A DNA stretch of 64,000 bases. Source: Marsupella aquatica. Taxonomy: Eukaryota; Plantae; Marchantiophyta. The stretch covers positions 24,947,233 through 25,011,232 of the forward strand of contig OZ316892.1 in the NCBI GenBank assembly GCA_973895155.1, written 5' to 3'. Shown in pieces: positions 35,559 to 47,386 of this stretch (its first letter is position 1; each line of letters begins with the position of its first letter). Position numbers and translations under genes: made by a program. The notes beneath the pieces are model-generated. The model ran no database searches. It was not told the origin of the DNA and saw only the letters and a program-made list of their open reading frames with translations.

Positions 35559-38460
35559 TTGGTGGAGAGTTGGGAACCACAGCTTGGCCCTAAGTTGACA
35601 GCGGAGGAGAGACGTTGCATGCATCGATTCCTAAAGAGTTACTGGAATTGTTTTGCATTTAGCATGAAAGATTTGGGGACATTAAAGGATCCTGGTATTC
35701 AGATTGAATTGGCTAGTGATGCGCCAATCTTTCGTAGGCCATACCGTTACAATGACATGGAGAGAACTCTGATTCAAAGCAGAACTCAAGATTTGTTGGA
35801 GGCTGGATTGGTGGAGATTTCATATGGGGAGTGTGCATCTGCCATAGTGATGCCAACCAAGAAGGATGTGCATGGCAATTACACAGATAGGCGCATGTGT
35901 GGTGATTACAGACCCATTAATCGCCAAACAAAATCTGATAGATATGCCATGCCCACACCTGAGGAGATCTTTGATGCTGTGGGGCATGCAAAGGTTTTCA
36001 GTTCATTGGATCTGAGGGCAGGGTACCATCAGCTTCCAATTAGGCATGCTGACAGGTCCAAGACAGCATTCTAGGGGATTGATTTTTATGGCAAAGATTG
36101 TTTGTATCAGTGGTTATTCTTACCATTTGGGTTGAAGAATGCACCAGTTGAGTTCCAGAGAGTCATGGATCGAATCCTTGCAGGTTTGGATTTTGTCAGA
36201 TGTTATATTGATGATATTTTGGTCTATTCTTCTACCGTGGAAGAACATCAGCAGCACTTGCAGATTGTGTTGGAGAGATTGAGAGCACATGGGTTGAAGC
36301 TCCATCCTAGCAAGTGTAAGTTCTTCCAAGACCAGATTGAGTATTTGGACCACACTATATACCCAGGGGGATTGGGTGTACAGCAGACTAAAGTGGAGGC
36401 CATTACACAGATTCCTTGTCCTACTGAAGTGAGTAGAGTTCGTGCATTCTTGGGATTGGCGAGCTACTACAGGAGGTATGTTAAAGGATTTAGCCAGCTT
36501 GCTAAACCTTTGACCATACTCACTAAGTTGGATCAAGAATGGATTTGGGGTGATGACTAGGAGCATGCCTTTCAGGAGTTGAAACAAAGGTTGGCATCAT
36601 CCCCTATTTTGAGAAGACCCATTTCAGGCAGACCATTTCAACTACACACTGATTGGAGTGGAGTAGGACTTGGAGCAGTGCTGACTCAAAAGGATGATGA
36701 GGGGAATGAGTTTGTTGTGGCTTAAGCCAGTAGATCAAACAATTCAACAGAGGCTAAGTATAGCTCGTATGAGGGAGAGTGTTTGGCAGCAGTGTGGGCT
36801 GTTGCACACTTTCGTTGCTACTTGTTTGGTAACCCCTTCACCTTGATCACTGATCATCAACCTCTTAAGTGGTTAATGGAGTCTGACAACCTTATAGGGA
36901 AGCTTGCACGATGGGCATTGTTGTTACAGGAGTATGATTTCCAGGTGGTGCATAGGCTTGGAAAAGTGAACTTGGATGCAGATGGATTAAGCCGCAATCC
37001 ATGTACCAATCAGCAGGATGAGACTGGAGCCAGATGGCATGATGAGTCAGATAAGAAGATGGTGCCAGGATGGCATGCATCTGCCTTTCTTTGTTGGGTG
37101 CCAGCATACAGTGGATCTATGGACTCTACCTCATTGGATGGAGTGGATGATGAGTCTTCAGATGTGGATGTTGGTGAGGTAACTTCTGGACAACAAGATA
37201 TTCACAATGATGTGAGAGTGTTGCAATATTTGCGCAGTGGTTCTATTGTTGGCAGTGTTGATGCCAAAGAACGTGACAGGGTTCTACAGAGAGCCAAGAG
37301 GTTTTGATGGGAGGGAAACCATCTTTTGAGAGTACTGCATGATGGTAGGGTGTTGGTGGTACCAAAATCATCACAACGAGTACATTTGGTGCGACATGCA
37401 CACGAGGAGTTGGGTCACTTTGGTGTGAAGCGCACTTATAGCTTGCTGCAGACACAGTATTGGTGGCATGGTATGCACACTCATGTCCAGCAGTTGATAG
37501 CTAAGTGTGTGGTATGTGATAGAGTGAGAGCATCATTTAATGCTCCCACTCCCCAATTGCACCCGTTGCCGATCATGGGTTTGGGATATCGTTGGAGTTT
37601 GGATTTTGCTGGTCCATTACCTCTTACCCAACGTCATAATCGGTATGTTTTGGTCATGGTGGAGCACTTCTCCAAGTGGATTGAGCTAGTGGTGTTGCCC
37701 GATAAAGCTAGTGGAGGAGTTGCTGCTATATTTTTGGATCGTGTACTCAGTCATTTTGGAGCACCAACTGAGGTGTTGACTGATCAGGGAACTGAGTTCC
37801 GTGGAGAGTTTGAGAGTTTGTGTGAACAAGCTCTGCTTGATCATCGTACTACCTCTCGTGATCATCCTGAGGCAGATGGATTACCTGAGAGAGTTGTGCA
37901 AATTGTGAAGAGAGGATTGCGTAAGTATGGCTTGCAGGTTGATCATTTGGGAGATTGGGATCTTCAGCTACCTTGGTTAGCTATGGGCTACCATTTCAGT
38001 CGGCAAGCATCACTTGCATCCTTCTCACCTTACTTTTTGCTCTATGGTAGATAGCCAGATTTGCCAGCAGCTATTCGTCGTGATGCTGCACCAGTTGTGA
38101 ACTTGGATGATCCTGATGTTTGGGTCAAGGTGTGTTCAGAGAGAGCACGGGTATTTCAGAGAGTGATGGCCATGGCTTTTGACAACCTTGCCATTGCCCA
38201 ACATCGTGATACTTTGAGGTATGCCACTATTTGTGGAGGAGGTTACCGTGCAAGCATTCGATGATTTCATCCTGGTGATTATGTTTATTTGCAGCAGACA
38301 ACACCCACAACACTTGATGTGACCGCAGGCCGGACAATCTTACGTGTGCGTGAAGTGTTGCCTTCTGGTGTCCTGATGTTGGAGGGACGCGATGGTATGG
38401 TTTGGAAGGATCATGTGCGCAACTGTGCACCATGTCACCTTCCCAACATTGATGGTACAG
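35559..38460 (+). pseudogene. Gypsy RT - RNase H - DDE integrase
   Basis: RMCGDYRPIN, LDLRAGYHQ, PFGLKNAP, YIDD; TDWS..GLGAVL, TDHQPLKW, DADGLSR; HEELGH..CVVCD, SLDFAG, TDQGTEF, ERVV. Several in-frame stops. Confidence 0.95.
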
Positions 38461-38489
38461 TAGATCCAAGCTTGGCACATGTTTGTGCT

Positions 38490-38639
38490 GGCTTGAAATG
38501 TATGTTGTGTGGATCTGCTCAGGGAGCAGCTACTATGTTGATTTGTGATAAGTGTTCTAGAGGATGGCACATGTCATGTTTGACACCACCATTGCAGGTG
38601 ATTCCTAGTGGATCATGGTTGTGTCCTCAATGTCGGTGA
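38490..38639 (+). pseudogene. PHD finger at the integrase C-terminus
   Basis: CMLC...MLICDKC.RGWHMSCLTPPL..IPSGSWLCPQC, a C4HC3 pattern in frame with the integrase tail. Confidence 0.92.
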
Positions 38640-38799
38640 AGCCGACTAGTTATCATTTGTGTTCTCTTGGCAGATATGGATTGCAGGTAGGTGATCGATG
38701 GGGCTCACTTGCACCCGGCCTCCTGATCTTCACACCTAAAAAGGTGTATATCAACCTTGTAGAACTCATGGCTAGCTAGAGTTAGGGGACCTTACTCCC

Positions 38800-38812
38800 A
38801 GCTAGGGGGCGA
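38800..38812 (+). promoter_or_regulatory. Polypurine tract-like sequence
   Basis: AGCTAGGGGGCGA lies immediately before repeat B1. Confidence 0.6.
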
Positions 38813-38949
38813 TTGTGGGTTTTGGACATGTGTGGACATGAGTTCCACTTGTATTCCATTCTCTTGTGTTTGTGATGTGGCAGTGTGACTATGTTTGGAT
38901 GTATGTGACAAGCGATGTATGTTGTGTAGCGATGTGTATGCGCACGGCA
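38813..38949 (+). repeat. Repeat B1
   Basis: TTGTGGGTTTTGGAC...GCGCACGGCA; matches B2 apart from a 17-bp indel and a few substitutions. Confidence 0.93.
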
Positions 38950-38951
38950 AC

Positions 38952-39280
38952 TGTCACACCATTCTAGGTAGTGTTAGAGTGTATCATACTATCTAAATTT
39001 GTATGTTTGGTATGTGTGCTATATGAGCCGATAAGGTTCTATTAGGTTTGTGTGAGAGGGTACTTCTCACTTGTGAGGCATTGAAAGGTCATCTTTCAAT
39101 GTTGAGCCTTGGAGAGAGAGGAGCTTGAGTGGCTATGGTGGCTGTGAGCTCCGCTTGTGTAACGTGGATTCCTTGAGTAGTGCAAGGTGCAATGGCTTGA
39201 CATACGTGTGTGATCGGATCGGTGCGGGATCGATGGGGTATTGTTGACCGGGATCGTTATGCCGATTGTTGAGGAGATTA
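38952..39280 (+). repeat. Repeat A2
   Basis: TGTCACACC...GAGGAGATTA; copy of A1. Confidence 0.95.
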
Positions 39281-39400
39281 TTGTGGGTTTTGGACATGTG
39301 TGGACATGAGTTCCACTTGTATTCCATTCTCTTGTGTTTGTGATGTGGCAGTGTGACTATGTTTGGATGTATGTGACGAGCGATGTGTATGCGCACGACA
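39281..39400 (+). repeat. Repeat B2 (right terminus)
   Basis: TTGTGGGTTTTGGAC...GCGCACGACA followed by TSD ATCC. Confidence 0.93.
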
Positions 39401-39404
39401 ATCC

Positions 39405-40427
39405 CGATGTGGGGTGTTAGTTGTGGTTCAATTGTCAACTATTCGCGATCTAAACGTTGTTTTCTGGCATTGGAGAGTGTTTTAAGAGACTATGTCCACT
39501 GGCCTATCAAAAGGGAATGTGAAGCAAATTCAAAGGCTTTTGGAAAATTGGGATTTCCAGGTTGTATTGGTCTCATTGAAGGAACCCTTTGCCCTCTAGC
39601 ACATTGGCCTGCCCAACATGGTGAGTGTTACTATGACCGGAAAAGCCAATATTCCATAAATGTCCAAGTTCGTTACAACCACTGTAGGAAAATTATGTTC
39701 ATGTTTGCAGGTACATGAATTTCTTTCATTCAATTATTCTATGGAATTCAACAACAAGCTTTCTCACTAACACAGGAATCGTGTCCCTTGCATTCACATA
39801 TACTAAGTATTAGTGTTCATGCTTGAATAGGAATGTCTGGATCCTGCTCAGACCTTATATGTGTGTGGAAGTCTCCAATGTTTCATTTTTTGACTGATGT
39901 TAGACCAGACACACTCTTTGATGTAGAGCAGTGCATTTTAGGTGATTTGGGTTACAAAGCCCTTCCACACATGATTTCTGCATTTAAGAGTACTGACACC
40001 TCACTAGAGAAAGAAAACTTCAATACCTATGGCAAAATGCAGGGTCACCAATGAGCAATGCATAGGTGTTCTCAAGAGCAGATGGCATTCCTTAAAGGAA
40101 GGTCACATTCAATTGAATCAAACAAAGGACAGCCTTTGGATGGTAAGGTGGATTAGTTTGTGTGCAAAATTTCACAACTATGTTATTGACACGCAGGATT
40201 CATGGACACTTGAGGATATAGCCCAGCAGAGGGAGCAAGATGGCAATCTAGAAGGTGATTTTTATCCAAAGCCCAACGTTGCTGGACCTGCTGATGAGTT
40301 GCGGGATCCAAGGAGAGTTTCAAGACGTGATTTGGTACAAGCTGGAAATATACTGCTTGTTCAATTCATGGACAAAGCATTGGAGCACTATCAACAGCCT
40401 GGGAGATTCTTGCATCAAGAAGCTTAG
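39405..40427 (+). pseudogene. PIF/Harbinger (HARBI1-like, DDE_Tnp_4) transposase remnant with intron 39711-39830
   Basis: GFPGCIGLIEGT (first catalytic D>E), YYDRKSQYSINVQV, spliced AGMSGSCSD, LGDLGY, ENFN, RVTNEQCIGVLKSRWHSL. Frameshift near 40030. Confidence 0.88.
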
Positions 40428-40616
40428 GCCCCCACAAATCTAGTGTAGGCAGAACCCGGGCAGAATCAATCAGTTTGGGCACAATGAAATTGAATCCACA
40501 GTTTGTTTGATCAGTAGCAAGGAAATTTTTGAAACTGCTATATGGTGAATGCACATTTCAGATTTTGTCTTATTCAAATTTTTGTGTCATGTATTTTCAT
40601 TTCAATCTGCCTTATC

Positions 40617-41060
40617 AAGGGGCAGCCTTTGTATTCTATACATTTTTTGTTAATTTTTAGACCCCTTTAGTTTTAGATATTCTAGAGTGTTTTGAACTTA
40701 TTTTGGCAGCCCCCTTTCACAGTATGTGTTTTCTTAGAGATGAAACCAAAGGCTCCACCACCACGAGTGAGAGAAATGATGTTGAAGAACATGAATGCAT
40801 AGCCTCTTAAGTTCTCCTCATGTTTTTCTTTCCTAGGTTTATGGTTTTTATTGAAAGGAGTGTCATTCATAAGGCACCCTGAGTTAAGTGCACACATCGT
40901 AGCATTGTTTGACTGACTGTACCTTTTCTTGGTCACTGTGATTTTCTTGGCAGACACTTTACTTATATAAGAGCACTTCTATGCTCTCATATTTTATTTA
41001 CTTTCAGATCACTACAAGACAAAAAATAAAACATGTTCCAGGATGAGCATGCTATATAGC
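40617..41060 (+). repeat. Dispersed ~400-bp repeat, copy 2 (homolog of 2760-3170)
   Basis: Same conserved blocks as copy 1. Confidence 0.75.
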
Positions 41061-42846
41061 AAGTTCTTTTGAATGGCTTCAGAGTTTCATGAGGATTATG
41101 TGTACTTCAGTAAGATAGCACCATCCCGTATGAGCATTGAAATTTATTTTATAATGAAGCTCTTATTCTACTTAGAGTTTTTTGTAATGTCAGCTTCTGT
41201 CATGAGGAATAAACACAAAGTTTGTGATCATTGGTAAGATCTTGTTCCGATGTGATCATCCATATCAATATATTTTGTATAAAACTATATAGCCAGGTAC
41301 ATGAACTCTTATCCTGGCTTGTATCATGTGGCCGCTCATAAATTCTGCCTAAATCAAAATATTTGTAAAACTAAAAAAACTCAACTTGGGTCACAGTGGA
41401 GCCAGTTGAAGCAACTTTTTCAGCCAAGATCAGAGACTTCTCTCAAACATCTCAGGTGCTACAAGGACATCGAGCGCAAGGATTGGTTAACATCCCTGAG
41501 AGGGAGTTGCAAAGTTGATCGAAAGTGCTGAATTATGGTGACAACACAAAAGGAGAAGCAAGTGGCGCCAACAAGGGCGCCAAGAAGAAGGTGGCTGTCA
41601 GGAAGAAAGTAAGCAGCAAATAAGCTCCTTTAGCTGCAAGTTGTGAAGTCATGCAACATGTTGGGCTCTCACCTCCTCACAATCTAGTAGTGGGGGGCAC
41701 CTCAAGCAGAAGAGCCAAACGGGGAGCCAAACGCCGTGTAGAAGATAGAGAAGGATAAGTCAGACAAGTTGGTGAGCAAGGTGGTGACAGCCAGTGATAA
41801 AGACAAGGACCTTGCAGTACCAGACCACATTTGATTCAATGTATGAAACCCAGAGACTAAAGTACATGTGATGGCACAAGTTAAATAATCCTGCCTAAAT
41901 CACTTTGACAATACTTGTTTGAATGTGTTTTGTGGTGCGTCCCATGGCTCCCCAAACCCAAGAAACCCCCCCGCACAAGCCGATTCCCGTAGGTTTCGTG
42001 CTCGGCGAGGCTGTTTCCGCGGCTTAGCGGCATGGGACGCTGCTAACCTCCTTCTACTGCTACTATTAACATTTTACACACATATACTGGACAGATCCTT
42101 CATCGGGTCATGAGATACGCAGTCGGCCTAATCTAGGCCTTCTCTTGTCTTTCCCTCCTGTTGGTTAGGTATATTTGGATTCCGCCGTCGGAATGATCCC
42201 CAATTGGTTTGGTTAAGCCGCTAAGACCTCTCTCAGCTCGACACATCCAACTCTCACTCCCTTGCTTACTTCCCTTCTACTTGTTGATGTGGGCACTCTT
42301 CACACAAGTTAATGCAACACACAAATAGCAAAATGACTCCTTCTGACTGAGTTATACCATGCACTTGCAATACAAACAGTACATCTCATACACAAGCTCT
42401 GCGAACTAAGCCGTGAGGCCAACTCTATTCAGTTCTTAGGTATGAGGAAATATGAATATACACAAGGGTCACTGTATAACTAACTGAGAGCTTCTCTTAC
42501 TACTTGATCCCAGCCCTGCTGGTGCAACTAAAAACTTGCTAAAGAAGAGGCCCTGAACTCCCCGCAGCCCAGGTACTTATCCTGGTTGTGGATCCGCCTG
42601 ATTCCTTGCAGCGTAAGCCTAATCTACCTACTATAATCTACCTAAATGTAATCTACCTATGTACAGCGAGGTAGGAGCACAAGTGTCGTCCTCACCCGTG
42701 GATCCGAAATCCCACTAATCTAAGTGTCAGGGCCATCTCCTGGTCCTGATCCTAAGTCTAAACTTGGAGATCAGCACCTGCCCTGCCCACTCACGCCTCC
42801 TACCTCCATGTCCGCCCTCCCTAAAAGGGACAGCGCCCTTACACCG

Positions 42847-44304
42847 TCACGACACCGATGGCTGGTCCTCAATGGACGCCCCCAACGCTTCCTCTGCAAC
42901 CACTGCCGTTGGTCCGTCTTCTGACAGATTACCTGCCCCTGACCGAGTCAACTCTTCATCAGCCTGACTGGGTCCATCCTCGGCTTCAGCCTCAGCATCG
43001 GTCATGGCCTCCGATATGGCTACGGCCTCCGATACGGCTACGGCCTTCGATACGGCTACGGCCTTCCCGACATGTTCTAGTGGAGGATCCGGTACCTCGG
43101 CAGCATTACTGGTTCTCCCGGCCTCGGCCTTGCCATCTCCACTTCCTAGGACTGGTGGATCCACCGCTGTGCCGATGCCGGAGGTTGGTGCTGGGTTTAT
43201 CTTCTCGGTCACAACGGCTTGAGAAGCCGTATAACTCCCAGACTTAGAAGGTTTCCGCTTCTTCTTCTTCCCTATTTCGACAGCCGGTTCCTTCCCCTTG
43301 CCACTTACCTCCGACACCGGGGTGAGTATTTCGGCTTGTCCTTCGGCCAATACTACCCCTAGTAATTGGGTTCCCCCAATTGGAGTTGGACCTGATGAAG
43401 CCAAGCATTTAAATACTGCGGCTTGTGTCTTCAGCCGCTCCGTTTGGTTGTCGGCCCGCCGCTGTAGGTTCTCCATCTTCCTCGTGATTTCCTCCAACTC
43501 CTCCTGGGTCTCGTCCAAGTCCTTGCACGCCTCCTCCAGCTCCTTATTGGCTTCCTCCAATTCTTTCTTTAAGGTAGCCCTCTCCTCCTGGGTTGCTCTT
43601 AGCTCCTTGTCGAGCTCTGCTACGACCACAGACTCCATCTTATTCATCTTGGCATAAGTCTGGTCGAGTTGGTCGTCCTTTTCACGCAGGTCGGCCTTGA
43701 AGTTGGCCGCTAGGGACGCAAGCTCCTGCTGTAGCGCAATAATCCCTTGATAGGATTTCCCTAACTCTGCTTCCTTTTGCTCAAGGGCTCCGCGGATATC
43801 TTTGAGCTCTCCTTTCAATGCCCTCTCCCTTCTCTGGTTCTCCGCCATGGCCCGATTGTTGGTTGCTAAGTGGGCCTCCTTTGCATCCCTTAGCTCCCGC
43901 TTCCATTTCTCTCTTTCCTTGACTGCGCTGGCCAACTCTCCTTGGGTTCGAGTCAGTTTATCTTTGATAATCTGATTGTTAGACTGAGCGGTATCCAACT
44001 GCCCCTGCATGATGTTTAGCTCATGCCGCTTAATCCGTAGCTCATCTTGGGCTTTCTTGGCCACCTGTAGGACTTCCACCTTGGCTTCCTTCTCCCTAAG
44101 CTGCCAGATGACCTCGTCCTTCTTGCTTCTCTCCAAAGCCACCGCTTCTTCTAATCGGTGCTTTTCCAACATCTCCCTATGGAAAAAGGGTCCCTGCTCC
44201 AACTCCTCCCCAAAGATGCTGAGCGCCAGGTCCCCACATATCTCCCCGTACTCCATGGCTCTATCCTTAGCATAGGTGGAGTAACTAGAAGTCATCGGCA
44301 TCAA
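42847..44304 (-). CDS. Coiled-coil protein ORF inside LTR Y (function unknown)
   Basis: 485-aa open frame with long heptad-rich E/K/L helices and a KKKKRK basic patch. Confidence 0.55.
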   Translation of the reverse strand: MMPMTSSYSTYAKDRAMEYGEICGDLALSIFGEELEQGPFFHREMLEKHRLEEAVALERSKKDEVIWQLREKEAKVEVLQVAKKAQDELRIKRHELNIMQGQLDTAQSNNQIIKDKLTRTQGELASAVKEREKWKRELRDAKEAHLATNNRAMAENQRRERALKGELKDIRGALEQKEAELGKSYQGIIALQQELASLAANFKADLREKDDQLDQTYAKMNKMESVVVAELDKELRATQEERATLKKELEEANKELEEACKDLDETQEELEEITRKMENLQRRADNQTERLKTQAAVFKCLASSGPTPIGGTQLLGVVLAEGQAEILTPVSEVSGKGKEPAVEIGKKKKRKPSKSGSYTASQAVVTEKINPAPTSGIGTAVDPPVLGSGDGKAEAGRTSNAAEVPDPPLEHVGKAVAVSKAVAVSEAVAISEAMTDAEAEAEDGPSQADEELTRSGAGNLSEDGPTAVVAEEALGASIEDQPSVS

Positions 44305-44547
44305 CCACCGCGGCCTCTGCTCCCAAGCCGCCTTGCGGATTTCTTCTATGGTGGCATGAGGGTTGTTTCTTTTTTTGGCAAGCCGCCTGATGTCCTCCGG
44401 CCAATCTCCTCCTGGTAAATCCTTCTCCCTAGCCAGGGCTGCTTTCTCTTCCTCCCTAAGTCGCTCCTGAAATTCTTGTGTCGTCTGCTTTATGCCGTCA
44501 AAGCTCGGGGGAGCACCCTCTGGTGGGGGAGACTCGGGGCTACTTTG

Positions 44548-46438
44548 CTAGGTGGGGTCCCCTCGAACTACTCTTGGAAGCATGGGGATAAATCGGCCAC
44601 AGTTCCTTACTCCTGGAATATGATGATCCAACCCATAGCCGGAGTACTCATTGCTGTAGTCCTCCACCGCCTCCTCCACTACTTGGACTCCCGGCTTCTC
44701 CCCTTGTTCCCCTGGTCCAGTCGTGAAAACGGCCTTACAGATCATGGGCTCTGGTTCCTCTGGTTTCCAGGCTGTCGTCTCCCTCTGCTCTCCGCGGGAA
44801 GGAGCCTTAGGCTGCTCTACCTCTGATTCGGGGCTTGAGGCTCCCACATACATTCGCACTCCTGGCTTGTGTTCTGGCCTCCTTCTCTCCTTGGCTCTGG
44901 TAAAGGGGTCTTCCCTTCTGAGTCGGTTTAGGCCGACCTCTGGGGCAGCGTCTTGTATCGTTGCCATTGCCATTGCCGGAACCGTTCTCTTTTCCTTCTC
45001 CAGCAATTTCAACAGATTTTGCATGCCTGGTTGCTGCATCGGCAAGTCTTCTTTCCTTGGTCGAAATACCTGCTCGATCGTCGGACTGTCGGGCTGGTTG
45101 GGCTTCTCTGGTGCGCCTCTGCTCCAGAACCTTCTCCGGTGCCCTTGCCGATAGGGGAAGTACTGGGGCAAAGATTTGACTTCTGGCATACCGGCACAAC
45201 AACGGCATGTGATAGCCAAGCCGGGACACGCTTCCCACGCCGATCACCTGCTGTTCCTCCTTCAAGATCTTCTTTAGTTGGTTGAGGAGGCACCCGTTGT
45301 AATCCCGGCTTGGGTCTGGCCTTTCTGCCAGGTAGACCTGAGCCTTGCCGATCTCTGCCCTCGGCAAGTTACAGTGCATGGTCACCCACAAGAAATCGAT
45401 CATCTCTCCGATGTGCAGGTTGGTGCAGGTGTTCCGAAAGAAGCCATTCTTCGTTGATGGTCCTGGGAACGACCGGAACTCCTTGTCAGGTAAGGTCTTC
45501 CTGGTATCAACCTTGGTCTTATTACCCATCGGCAAGCCAAACACCTCAGCAATCACCCGGGGAGTGAGATAGAAATCCTTTCCATACACCCTCGTGGAAT
45601 TGGTCTCGGGTTCCCATGATCCCACGAATTCTAATAAGTCTGAGTCCGGCACCTCCGGCTTAAGCCATGGTAATCTTACGAAGGCTTCCAAGCCGGATCC
45701 GACCATGAAGCCCTGGTACTTCTTGGTCTGCATGGCCGTAAAGCATGCATCCTCCTCCCGTGCAAAGTGTAATTGCACTTCCTCCGGTAGGGTCACCGCC
45801 CAGCCTTTCCAGGTGTCATCATTTGTTGGAATGGCATTGATGGGATCGACCTCTTCCTCTTCGGCTTCTCCCCTTGTCCTGCTCTGCTGCTCTACTGGCT
45901 TCCTAGGTGCCGCCGACCTCGTTCTTTTTGCCGGGGTGGCCTCTTCGTTGTTGTTTCCTTTCCTCTTCATCTCGGCTGCCGTGGATGTTTCTCCTAGCAA
46001 GGTTGCCTTCGTCCACCCCTCCGTGTTACCCTTCAACTCCCAGTGTAGGTCGTTGCAGCGATTGATGGCTTCCCGGATGCCGACGATTCTGTTTTCGCAA
46101 AATAGAAGGTCGTCGAGCTGATTGGCAGTAGGAGTCCACAAGAACTCGGCCTTGATAAGTTCTCCTCCTAAGAAATCCGTCTTTTGCAGTTCCCAGAGTT
46201 GAGCGAGCTCCTGCCATTCTTGAGCTGCTCTCTCCGATTCTTCGTCCTCGTAAGTCCTGACGTACTCACCTGCCCGTTCGAACAGGCATCCCCAAAAATG
46301 TGCCATTTGATTGACGTTGCTCATACCCTCCTTGAGTCGATCGTTGGTATCTGTTCCCACCCCGAGTGCTTGCCTAAGCAACTGACAGCATTTGGCCTCC
46401 CGTAGTCGTCTCCCAGTTCGTTCTTGCAAATGAGCCAC
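44548..46438 (-). pseudogene. Accessory ORF inside LTR Y, resembling the plant retrotransposon accessory (Athila ORF1 / Transposase_32-like) domain
   Basis: GLEAFVRLPW..LLEFVGSW..TRVYGKDFYLTPRVIAEVFGLP pattern; overlapping ORFs suggest a frameshift near 45250. Confidence 0.55.
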
Positions 46439-47386
46439 TATTCCTCGCGAGCGGTCCTTACCCCTCTCTTCCTCTGGTCTTCCCTCCCGTTGGTCACTCC
46501 TAGCCGCCGATGCTTAGTGTGAGATAAGGATGTTTGTAAAAGAAGGGTTAACTAACCATCAATTTTAGAATTTTTACGTTTAAGATCTCAAATGAGGCTG
46601 AAGAGGGACCTGAAGACTACTTTGAAGTGTTATGAGACTTTCAAGCCCATATGAGGTCAACCCGGATTGATATTAGAGAAGGAGGATCGACCCGGAACTT
46701 TTTACTATAAGCCTTGAATGAGATATAAAGCTTATATTGAGACTCTACTCAACAACAGCTATCCATTGCCAAAGTTTTTAAAACCATAAGTCAAACACAG
46801 GCACGACCACAGCAGAATCCGGATATAAGGAAGGAGAGTCGATCCGGCCTCTCACACCTCTCAAAGCCAAACATAGTAGGTTTTGAGCTCCCGAGCGCAT
46901 TAGGCTGTTTAAGCAGTAGAGTGAGGAGGCTCTACCCTTTTGGTAGAGGATCTTGGGTCCGGATTATAGGACCAATCTTGCATTGCATGATGAGAGCCTG
47001 GATATGAGGGTACTGACTGATTCATTGTGAGGGGAATGCCTACTCCACCGCTGGAAGTGAAGGCAGGAAGTTTGAGATCCTGATCGTGGATACATCGGTT
47101 GTGAGAAGGGAGGCCAGGTCGACCCGGACATCACCATTCCAGGCCCGATTGAGTCCAGCTTTTCCCCACGTTAGATGACCCTGCATTGTAGTTGATGAAA
47201 TCGTGATGCAATTCTTTCGAAACGATTTTCAGTTGATCAGAAACGTTGCGGCCAAGTCGACCTGGACATTTCTACCAGTGGTCGACACCGAAGAGATTGA
47301 ACATTCTAAAGTCGCATCATTGTAGAGCTTGCCGTAGAGGAGGCAGAACATTTACCAGAAATCAATTTTCTGCTTCCAGAAATCCT

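Larger units (their letters stand above)
10267..39400 (+). mobile_element. Ty3/Gypsy-type retrotransposon with split direct repeats, DNMT3-like methyltransferase and PHD finger (~8.9 kb without nested inserts)
   Basis: Ends are TGTC...GACA with TSD ATCC at 10263-10266 and 39401-39404. Domain order gag-PR-MTase-RT-RH-INT-PHD. The flanks rejoin a Harbinger ORF in frame. Confidence 0.92.

Noticed and set aside
10267-39400. Classifying the split-repeat element as DIRS/Ngaro/PAT
   Set aside because: No tyrosine recombinase motif is visible; it has a protease, an HHCC-DDE integrase, TG..CA ends and a TSD, and its methyltransferase is C5-type rather than the DAM-like type of DIRS.
41301-41860. Possible Harbinger Myb/SANT partner gene
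   Set aside because: No recognisable Trp-repeat motif and frames are broken.
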